From: Gammaproteobacteria bacterium
GTDB lineage: Bacteria > Pseudomonadota > Gammaproteobacteria > UBA4575
Reading direction: 5' to 3'
NCBI GenBank assembly: GCA_965243395.1
Contig: CBDEUS010000002.1
Coordinates: forward strand, 96,001 to 160,000
DNA: 64,000 nt
A program made the translations under genes and the position numbers. Below, piece after piece: positions 42,870 through 48,859 of this stretch. Position 1 is the first letter of the stretch. The number at the start of each line of letters is the position of its first letter. Under the pieces are notes generated by a model. That model saw only the letters and a list, made by a program, of their open reading frames with translations, did no database searches and had not been told where the DNA came from.

Positions 42870-44018
42870 CTACCCATCAACTTTGATTTGTACCGTGTCT
42901 TTTAGGATGCCATCCAAACCTCCGAAGACAGTTAGTTTGTCTACTTTGTCAGTGACTTTTTCCAACGTCTCCAACTCTTTCAAGCGCATCAAGGTTGGGT
43001 TGTCATCCATCAATTTCGCAGTGTTCAACAATGAACGTGTAGCTGCAGTTTCTTCACGTCTTTTAATGACATTTGCTTGCGCCACTTTTTCTGCTTGAAC
43101 TACTTGGTTCAAGATATCTTTCATGTCGCCTGGCAAAATGACATCTTTCACGCCAACGCTGCGAATTTCGATACCGTATTCAGATACGTTTGCTTTAACA
43201 GATTCGTAGACGTATTTGTCTAGTTCATCTTTAGTTACAAGCAATGCATCCAAAGTGCGTGTACCAATTACCTGACGAAGTGCAAATTGCATTTCGCGGT
43301 AAATGTATCCAGCAAGGTCTACCAATTCATGACGCGCTTTAATTGGGTCACGAATTTGATATTGAGCTGACAAGTTTGCACGTAGGCTAACTTTGTCTTT
43401 TGTCAAAACCTCTTGACCTTGCACTTCCATGCTTTGCATTCGCAAATCAACTTGTTCAACTATTACGTTGCGGTTGTATTTCCAGTATGCGTACAAGCCT
43501 GGTTGCAATGATTCTTTTAATTCACCATCCACAACCAATAGGCCAACATAGTTGTCTGCAACTTCTGCGATGTAAATTGAATTAATCAATTCACTTGGTA
43601 CTTGTTTCGCACGTGTGTGCACAAACTGACCCACTTTATTTGCAGGCAATGCAAAATCTTCTGCAATATTTTGCACTTCAACTGTCATTTCAACTGGACC
43701 TTTCCAAAATAATTGGCGTGTACCAGGTGCTACAACAGTGCTCAATTGGCCACGTTGATAAACCAATCCAACTTCATATGCGTCGGTTTCAACAACTTGG
43801 AAGTATTTTGTTACTATCTCAGGTTGTTCTTTTACCAAGACATCCACATATTTGTGGTTGAATTGCGCTTCCGTTACATCATAAATCTCGACTTGAATTC
43901 GGCCGAAAATATCGAAATATCGATATACGCCTGGTTCAAGCACTTTTACAATGCTTCGGTTTTTCAAGTAAATTCCTCGCTCATGCTGCGCAATAACAAT
44001 TCTTTTAAATCCGAACAT
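42870..44018 (-). CDS. Slipin-family SPFH/band-7 protein
   Basis: GQEVLTKDKV, RREETAATRSLLNTA, LMRLKELE. Confidence 0.92.
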   Translation of the reverse strand: MFGFKRIVIAQHERGIYLKNRSIVKVLEPGVYRYFDIFGRIQVEIYDVTEAQFNHKYVDVLVKEQPEIVTKYFQVVETDAYEVGLVYQRGQLSTVVAPGTRQLFWKGPVEMTVEVQNIAEDFALPANKVGQFVHTRAKQVPSELINSIYIAEVADNYVGLLVVDGELKESLQPGLYAYWKYNRNVIVEQVDLRMQSMEVQGQEVLTKDKVSLRANLSAQYQIRDPIKARHELVDLAGYIYREMQFALRQVIGTRTLDALLVTKDELDKYVYESVKANVSEYGIEIRSVGVKDVILPGDMKDILNQVVQAEKVAQANVIKRREETAATRSLLNTAKLMDDNPTLMRLKELETLEKVTDKVDKLTVFGGLDGILKDTVQIKVDG

Positions 44019-44044
44019 AATTACTCCTTATTAAATAAAGTTTC

Positions 44045-44515
44045 GGGAAATGCTCCACATATAAATTGCGGGTAAACTCCTGTTGTAGTAACGGGTCTAA
44101 AATCTTTCGCATGTCATTGCGATACCCCAACTATCGCTTTGAACATGTTTCAGTCTCTAGACTGGTTATCACAAGCTTGTGATCACGCAGGCAATCTACA
44201 TGTTGCGACATAAAAAACTCTCAACCGTAGTTGAGCTATTTGAAATGTCGCGGGAACATTTCCCTGGTTAGTGTTTTCACACAAAATGCGGATTCGAACC
44301 GCAGGCTTTCGCCATTACCAATGAACAACGTTTAAAGTTGTCGAAAGAACAGGAATCGAACCTGCAACATTTCCGTTATCAGCGGAATGCTCTCCCTTTG
44401 AGCTATCTTTCACTGGTGTATCGGACCACTTACAACTTTGTATACACATTGCAATCACCTTTCGGCTTAGCTTTTGTGCACAGGTCTGAATTCAAGAATC
44501 AGATCCGCTAAGTAA
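44045..44515 (-). ncRNA. Candidate highly structured ncRNA/leader upstream of slipin
   Basis: Dense hairpins, GNRA tetraloop GGC-GAAA-GCC, stand-alone T-arm TGCGG-TTCGAAT-CCGCA, nested tRNA-like domain. Confidence 0.6.
44341..44412 (-). tRNA. tRNA-Ile(GAT)-like domain lacking encoded CCA
   Basis: Full cloverleaf, TTCCG-CT-GAT-AA-CGGAA, GGTTCGATTCC. Confidence 0.65.
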
Positions 44516-44636
44516 ATAAATGTCTCTCAATACTCATGAACTCAATGTTTATAAAACATCGAATTACAATTCTTTAAATACAGGTGACCTGCCCCATTGC
44601 AGGCCACCATTTTTCACGCCCCCTTTCTCCTAAAAT

Positions 44637-45203
44637 TTAACGTCGCTCTTTAGGACATTGTGTTTTCAAGAACGCCATTTGGTCTGCCAAAATTTTGCGG
44701 TTAGATAAAATCAATCCTTCTGCATAATTTGGCTCATATGGAATTCCTAATAATGAAATTCCTATTCTTTCTGCCTCACTAGGCATTAAGCTATCTTTAC
44801 GTGCATTACATGCACGGCATGCTGTAACCACATTCATCCATGTGTTTTTCCCACCACGTGATAGTGGAATCACATGATCGCGCGTTAAGCGATTTCGAGA
44901 ATATTGATCACCGCAATACATGCACATGTAATCATCACGTCGAAACAATCTTGCATTTGTCAGTGCAGGCACTTCACGAATGTGGTCGTCTGATCGCATC
45001 ACACCATGTGTTGCAACAATACTGTTCACATCAATAAATGAACGAGTTCTTGTTCTGCGATTTACACCACCATGAATACGAAAAGAATTTGAACCCATTT
45101 CGTAAACAACTTGTTCTCGTGCATACACTAATGCTGCATATTCCCAGTTCATCCATTCAACTGGACGCCCAGCTACGTCTAAACGCAAAATTAAATTTTC
45201 CAT
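44637..45203 (-). CDS. HNH endonuclease
   Basis: RRDDYMCMYCG, TRDHVIP, NVVTACRACN. Confidence 0.92.
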   Translation of the reverse strand: MENLILRLDVAGRPVEWMNWEYAALVYAREQVVYEMGSNSFRIHGGVNRRTRTRSFIDVNSIVATHGVMRSDDHIREVPALTNARLFRRDDYMCMYCGDQYSRNRLTRDHVIPLSRGGKNTWMNVVTACRACNARKDSLMPSEAERIGISLLGIPYEPNYAEGLILSNRKILADQMAFLKTQCPKERR

Positions 45204-45231
45204 TTAACTTTTCTCTTTTATAAAGTTACTG

Positions 45232-45254
45232 TTTAACAATTTGGATGATTGAAG
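45232..45254. repeat. Trailer arm of perfect 23-bp inverted repeat enclosing the tRNA array
   Basis: TTTAACAATTTGGATGATTGAAG = reverse complement of 48565-48587. Confidence 0.95.
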
Positions 45255-45263
45255 AGTTTAATT

Positions 45264-45340
45264 TGGTACGCAGCCCCAGATTTGAACTGGGAATCAAGTA
45301 GGTTTGAGCTACTCAGGTCTTCCAATTGCCTCAGCTGCGC
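45264..45340 (-). tRNA. tRNA-Leu(CAA), short variable loop
   Basis: AGTAG-CT-CAA-AC-CTACT, CCA. Confidence 0.85.
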
Positions 45341-45352
45341 AAAAATTTAATT

Positions 45353-45429
45353 TGGTATCCCTGGCAAGATTCGAACTTGCAACATTCTGGTTTTAAGTCA
45401 GATGCGTCTTCCGGTTGCGCCACAGGGAC
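45353..45429 (-). tRNA. tRNA-Leu(TAA), short variable loop
   Basis: TCTGA-CT-TAA-AA-CCAGA, CCA. Confidence 0.85.
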
Positions 45430-45440
45430 GTAATGTAATT

Positions 45441-45518
45441 TGGTAGCCACCCTCGGATTTGAACCGAGATGCACCATGTTCTAAGCATGGTAGGTATGCC
45501 AATTCCCGTCAGATGGCC
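45441..45518 (-). tRNA. tRNA-Leu(TAG), short variable loop
   Basis: CCATG-CT-TAG-AA-CATGG, CCA. Confidence 0.85.
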
Positions 45519-45561
45519 AAAATTTTTATTTTTATAATTTAGTTATACATAAATTATGATT

Positions 45562-45637
45562 TGGTACCCCTAGTAAGATTCGAACTCACATCAACTGATT
45601 TAGAAGATCAGTGCTTTTCCAATTAAGCTATAGAGGT
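45562..45637 (-). tRNA. tRNA-Arg(TCT)
   Basis: CTGAT-CT-TCT-AA-ATCAG, CCA. Confidence 0.9.
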
Positions 45638-45659
45638 AAAAAACTAATTGAATTATTTT

Positions 45660-45756
45660 TGGTACCCCAACCAAGATTCGAACTTGGATCTACCACTAAT
45701 CTGGTGCGTGAATCACGGGATATAAATCCGCTGCTTTACCGTTAAGCTATTGGGGC
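45660..45756 (-). tRNA. tRNA-Ile(TAT) with ~27-nt extra region
   Basis: GCGGA-TT-TAT-AT-CCCGT, 97 nt, CCA. Confidence 0.75.
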
Positions 45757-45765
45757 AAAATTTTT

Positions 45766-45839
45766 TGGACACTCCGCTCAGAATTGAACTGAGTCCTCAA
45801 GGGTTGCAACCTTGCGTCTTGCCGATCGACCACGGAGTG
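45766..45839 (-). tRNA. tRNA-Cys(GCA)
   Basis: CAAGG-TT-GCA-AC-CCTTG, U73, CCA. Confidence 0.88.
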
Positions 45840-45840
45840 T

Positions 45841-45915
45841 TGGCACATCCGGAAAGATTTGAACTTTCATCTTTGGGTTTGGAGGCCAATGTTCTGCCAA
45901 TTGAACTACAGATGC
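45841..45915 (-). tRNA. tRNA-Trp(CCA)
   Basis: CT-CCA-AA loop, G73, CCA. Confidence 0.88.
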
Positions 45916-45917
45916 TC

Positions 45918-45993
45918 TGGCTGGGAGTCCTGGACTCGAACCAAGATCTCAAGAGTCAAAGTCTTGCGTCTTAACCAGTTAGACGAATTCCCA
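45918..45993 (-). tRNA. tRNA-Gln(TTG)
   Basis: CAAGA-CT-TTG-AC-TCTTG, U1-A72, G73. Confidence 0.9.
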
Positions 45994-46002
45994 TTTTTGT
46001 TT

Positions 46003-46079
46003 TGGCGCGGTTGGAAAGACTCAAACTTTCATCTTCGACTTTCGTAGAGTCGTGCTTTATCCGATTAAGCTACAACCGC
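46003..46079 (-). tRNA. tRNA-Arg(ACG)
   Basis: CGACT-CT-ACG-AA-AGTCG, CCA. Confidence 0.9.
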
Positions 46080-46087
46080 AAAAACTT

Positions 46088-46163
46088 TGGTAGCCCGAAT
46101 CCGATTCGAACGGATAACTTTCGCTTTGTAAGAACGACACTCTGCCAATTGAGTTATCGGGCT
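46088..46163 (-). tRNA. tRNA-Val(TAC)
   Basis: TCGTT-CT-TAC-AA-AGCGA, CCA. Confidence 0.9.
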
Positions 46164-46171
46164 AAAATTTT

Positions 46172-46243
46172 TGGTAGTTACGGTTAGAATCGAACTAACA
46201 AGTCCAGGGTTATGAGCCCTAGCCGAAGACCACTTCCGTAACT
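46172..46243 (-). tRNA. Initiator-like tRNA-Met(CAT) with aberrant short D-arm
   Basis: TAGGG-CT-CAT-AA-CCCTG (3 G-C pairs), 72 nt, CCA. Confidence 0.75.
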
Positions 46244-46251
46244 AAAGTATT

Positions 46252-46325
46252 TGGTGGATCCAGTAGGAGTCGAACCTACCTCTGCGGGTTAAAAGCCCGC
46301 TGCACAACCGCTATGCCATAGATCC
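46252..46325 (-). tRNA. tRNA-Lys(TTT)
   Basis: GCGGG-CT-TTT-AA-CCCGC, CCA. Confidence 0.9.
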
Positions 46326-46326
46326 T

Positions 46327-46402
46327 TGGCACGCCTGAAAGGAGTTGAACCTTTATCTCACTGGTTCGAAGCCAGTGGCTCTTCCAATTAAGCTACAGAC
46401 GT
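46327..46402 (-). tRNA. tRNA-Arg(TCG)
   Basis: ACTGG-CT-TCG-AA-CCAGT, CCA. Confidence 0.88.
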
Positions 46403-46404
46403 AT

Positions 46405-46495
46405 TGGCGGAGAAGAACAGATTCGAACTGTTGAATGAAAAATTTCCATCCCTCCTTTAGCAAAGGAGTGCTTTAAACCACTCAGCCACTTCTCC
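46405..46495 (-). tRNA. tRNA-Ser(GCT)
   Basis: CTCCT-TT-GCT-AA-AGGAG, long variable arm, G73. Confidence 0.9.
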
Positions 46496-46555
46496 AATTT
46501 ATAATTTGCAGCGCTTCGCGATATTTAATTTGCGAGTAATACCCACTCGCAAGCG

Positions 46556-46631
46556 TGGGGTGAACTACCGGACTCGAACCGGTATCTACCAGATTCACGT
46601 TCTGGGGCTTTGCCATTAAGCTAAGCTCACC
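46556..46631 (-). tRNA. tRNA-His(GTG)
   Basis: CCAGA-AC-GTG-AA-TCTGG, encoded G-1 and C73. Confidence 0.88.
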
Positions 46632-46642
46632 ATAATTATTTT

Positions 46643-46734
46643 TGGCGGAAGGCGGAGGGCACGATCCCCACCAACTAAAAAGCCAGCCACCAGTTTTCAA
46701 GACTGGGACACCCCCACTGGGTGAATCACCTTCC
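46643..46734 (-). tRNA. tRNA-Ser(TGA), non-canonical 8/4 fold
   Basis: CCAGT-CT-TGA-AA-ACTGG; 8-bp acceptor GGAAGGTG/CGCCTTCC, 4-bp T stem, long variable arm, G73. Confidence 0.8.
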
Positions 46735-46749
46735 TTATATATGTAAATT

Positions 46750-46824
46750 TGGAGCGGATAATCGGATTCGAACCGATATTTATGGTTTGGAAGACCATCA
46801 CTCTGCCAATTGAGTTATACCCGC
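46750..46824 (-). tRNA. tRNA-Gly(TCC)
   Basis: ATGGT-CT-TCC-AA-ACCAT, U73. Confidence 0.9.
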
Positions 46825-46829
46825 AGATT

Positions 46830-46907
46830 TGGTCTGAGTGGCTGGATTCGAACCAACGACCTCTCGCTTCCAAGGCGAGTACTCTGCCCAGGCTGAGCTA
46901 CACTCAG
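46830..46907 (-). tRNA. tRNA-Pro(TGG)
   Basis: CTCGC-CT-TGG-AA-GCGAG, C1-G72. Confidence 0.9.
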
Positions 46908-46934
46908 AGAATTAATTAAATATAAAAAATTATT

Positions 46935-47010
46935 TGGTGCATCGAGTTGGACTTGAACCAACGACCACACGATTATCGGTCGTGCGCTCTACCAACTGAG
47001 CTATCGATGC
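46935..47010 (-). tRNA. tRNA-Ile(GAT)
   Basis: CACGA-CC-GAT-AA-TCGTG, CCA. Confidence 0.9.
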
Positions 47011-47011
47011 T

Positions 47012-47086
47012 TGGTGTTCCTGACCAGAATTGAACTGGCATCTCGAGTTTGAAAGACTCGTGACCTCACCATTAGTCGACAGGAAC
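47012..47086 (-). tRNA. tRNA-Glu(TTC)
   Basis: CGAGT-CT-TTC-AA-ACTCG, CCA. Confidence 0.9.
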
Positions 47087-47100
47087 TAATAAAATATTTT

Positions 47101-47176
47101 TGGCGGACCCGATCGGACTCAAACCGACATCCCCTTTATCGACAGTAAAGTGCTTTATCAATTAAGCTACGAATCC
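47101..47176 (-). tRNA. tRNA-Asp(GTC)
   Basis: CTTTA-CT-GTC-GA-TAAAG, G73. Confidence 0.88.
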
Positions 47177-47184
47177 AACTTTTG

Positions 47185-48045
47185 TTTAAAGGTTGAGACT
47201 ATGCCTTTAAAAATCACTCTTTTGTTGAAGTACCTAACGCATTGCTGTGCGATAGTTGCCAACGTGTCCACATTACCCTGGTTGCTCCAGCGATTATGTT
47301 AGTGATCATGACTGCTTTTTTTAAAGTGTAGCGATTCACTTGTCGCGTTAATCTATTCAGCTATTCACTTACCGAGAACCTTGCCAGGCTCTAAACGGAG
47401 GCTATCCGAACGTGCAATGAAGTAACTAAAGTTCTTTGGCTTGCGACCGCAGAATCTTCCATGTTCCCAAGTGGGCATGGACTTAAGTCATTTTCAATTA
47501 ACACCGAGACGCGTCTTTGCGTTTCACCGTATGGTGATCTATGTGGGAGTCGAACCCACGACCTATTGATTCTAAGTCAATCGCTCTACCAATCTGAGCT
47601 AAAAGATCAGGTACTACTAAGACGTGCACGTCTCAGTTGCTTCATTATTTTTTGAATAACGAAATACAACACGCCTTTTGTCTTTCCTCTGCCGAGTACT
47701 TAACCGAATATTCGGATCATGGCTTCCACCCATTTCCCTAATAATCTGCACAACCGCACTTGTCTGCAAAACTCGTACTATGTTGTACTACCTGTTATCT
47801 CTCGTAGTACGCAATCTAGTATCACGGGTTACAGCACTACCTGTATCTTTCTCACGACCCGTATTCCCAAGTAAACCTGGTACGTCAATCGTGGTACTTC
47901 CGCGTATTGCTTGGCTACTATTGCCGATTGAATTACGACAACATGGAGACCAGGCTTGCTTGGTTTGACCTACTTTGAAAAGTGGGCGAAATACCGTAGT
48001 CGTATTCCTTTCCTATCGTTGCCGATAGTTATCGTGCCAAGCCAC
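47185..48045 (-). ncRNA. Large structured ncRNA, GOLLD-like, with nested tRNA
   Basis: ~860 nt with no credible ORF inside the tRNA array, many stems, repeated ACAGGTAGT motif, 3' hairpin TTTAAAGG-CATAGTCTCAA-CCTTTAAA; family assignment from recalled properties, not a search. Confidence 0.6.
47532..47608 (-). tRNA. Class-I-shaped tRNA with TAG (Leu) anticodon nested in the large ncRNA
   Basis: ATTGA-CT-TAG-AA-TCAAT, GGTTCGACTCC, CCA; one acceptor-stem mismatch. Confidence 0.8.
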
Positions 48046-48050
48046 ATATT

Positions 48051-48126
48051 TGGTGGAGGATCACGGATTTGAACCGTGCGCCTTCTGTTTGCAATACAGA
48101 CGCTCTGCCAACTGAGCTAATCCCCC
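48051..48126 (-). tRNA. tRNA-Ala(TGC)
   Basis: AT-TGC-AA loop, G3-U70. Confidence 0.9.
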
Positions 48127-48135
48127 AAACTTATT

Positions 48136-48210
48136 TGGCTGCGACGGTTGGACTCGAACCAACATTGCTTCGCTTAACAGACGAATGTTCTACCATTGAA
48201 CTACATCGCA
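48136..48210 (-). tRNA. tRNA-Asn(GTT)
   Basis: TTCGT-CT-GTT-AA-GCGAA, G73. Confidence 0.9.
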
Positions 48211-48218
48211 ATTATATT

Positions 48219-48295
48219 TGGTGCATCAGGATGGATTCGAACCACCATCGCGTCGGGCTTCAACCGACCGCTCTACCCATTGGAGCTACCGATGC
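48219..48295 (-). tRNA. tRNA-Phe(GAA)
   Basis: GTCGG-TT-GAA-GC-CCGAC, CCA; unrelated in sequence to the att-type Phe fragments. Confidence 0.88.
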
Positions 48296-48304
48296 AAAAA
48301 TAAT

Positions 48305-48389
48305 TGGTGGAGAGAGATGGATTCGAACCACCACGCTAATAATTAGCACTGGGTTACAGCCAGCGTGTCTCACCAATGACTGTCTCTCC
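48305..48389 (-). tRNA. tRNA-Tyr(GTA)
   Basis: CTGG-CT-GTA-AC-CCAG, variable arm GCTAAT-T-ATTAGC. Confidence 0.85.
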
Positions 48390-48401
48390 TAAAGTTAAAA
48401 C

Positions 48402-48477
48402 TGGAGCTGGTGATAGGCGTCGAACCTACAACCTACTGCTTACAAAGCAGTTGCTCTGCCATTTGAGCTACACCAGC
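48402..48477 (-). tRNA. tRNA-Thr(TGT)
   Basis: ACTGC-TT-TGT-AA-GCAGT, CCA. Confidence 0.9.
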
Positions 48478-48486
48478 AAAAAATAT

Positions 48487-48559
48487 GGGACAGTCGCACA
48501 TGCGCACAACTCAACTTAGGAGTTGGGCATAATTTAAAAATTAAATTACGCACTGCCCC
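48487..48559 (-). ncRNA. Small four-way-junction RNA element at the head of the array
   Basis: Closing stem GGGGCAGT/ACTGTCCC with three internal hairpins. Confidence 0.45.
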
Positions 48560-48564
48560 GCCTA

Positions 48565-48591
48565 CTTCAATCATCCAAATTGTTAAAGAGC
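48565..48591 (-). promoter_or_regulatory. rrn-type boxA antitermination site overlapping the leader arm of the 23-bp inverted repeat
   Basis: GCTCTTTAACAATTT matches the gammaproteobacterial rrn boxA. Confidence 0.85.
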
Positions 48592-48604
48592 TACTGCCAG
48601 GACT

Positions 48605-48639
48605 AAAAAACCCCGGAAGGCGAACCTAACCGGGGTTTT
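48605..48639 (-). terminator. Intrinsic terminator (attenuator) before the tRNA array
   Basis: AAAACCCCGGTTAGGT-TC-GCCTTCCGGGG-TTTTTT. Confidence 0.88.
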
Positions 48640-48693
48640 ATTTTGATTCCGGAAGGCTCGCAACGCGCACCCTCCGAATTAATTTGGAAGGTA

Positions 48694-48849
48694 CTACGTA
48701 ATTGGGTCCTCTAAGGTGGCCCCAATAAAATTATTTGTGCCGAGATTCGATATCTCATGCACAGCAACACACCACAAAAAACACGACGGCTTTAATAACC
48801 GCTGCATTAGTTGCGCTGAAAAACTAGTTGTATATGTACTTCTATTCAT
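48694..48849 (-). CDS. Putative 51-aa leader peptide MNRSTYTTSFSAQLMQRLLKPSCFLWCVAVHEISNLGTNNFIGATLEDPIT
   Basis: Starts 10 nt after the -10 box; stop abuts the first attenuator segment; contains all 20 amino acids. Confidence 0.7.
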   Translation of the reverse strand: MNRSTYTTSFSAQLMQRLLKPSCFLWCVAVHEISNLGTNNFIGATLEDPIT

Positions 48850-48859
48850 AGTGCGCGAA

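Noticed and set aside
46530-46552. Hairpin TTGCGAGT-AATACCC-ACTCGCAA between tRNA-His and tRNA-Ser
   Set aside because: Single spacer hairpin with no U-tract or second copy; no function can be supported.
46643-46734. Selenocysteine tRNA
   Set aside because: The anticodon is TGA (reads UCA), not TCA; no sel genes nearby.
45441-47608. Amber suppressors (the two TAG tRNAs)
   Set aside because: Anticodon TAG reads CUA (Leu); a suppressor would need CTA.
45750-48392. ORF-track entries over the tRNA array (45750-45974, 45859-46047, 46002-46187, 46482-46700, 47461-47655, 47678-47968, 48069-48392)
   Set aside because: Shadow frames across tRNA and ncRNA genes; no RBS or protein-like motifs.
45264-48477. 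CRISPR array or prophage interpretation of the periodic TTCGAA/TGG pattern
   Set aside because: The repeats are T-loops and CCA ends of tRNAs; there are no identical direct repeats, cas genes or phage structural genes.
45232-48587. 23-bp inverted repeat as transposon terminal repeats
   Set aside because: No transposase or target-site duplication; the overlap with boxA argues for an RNA-level role.
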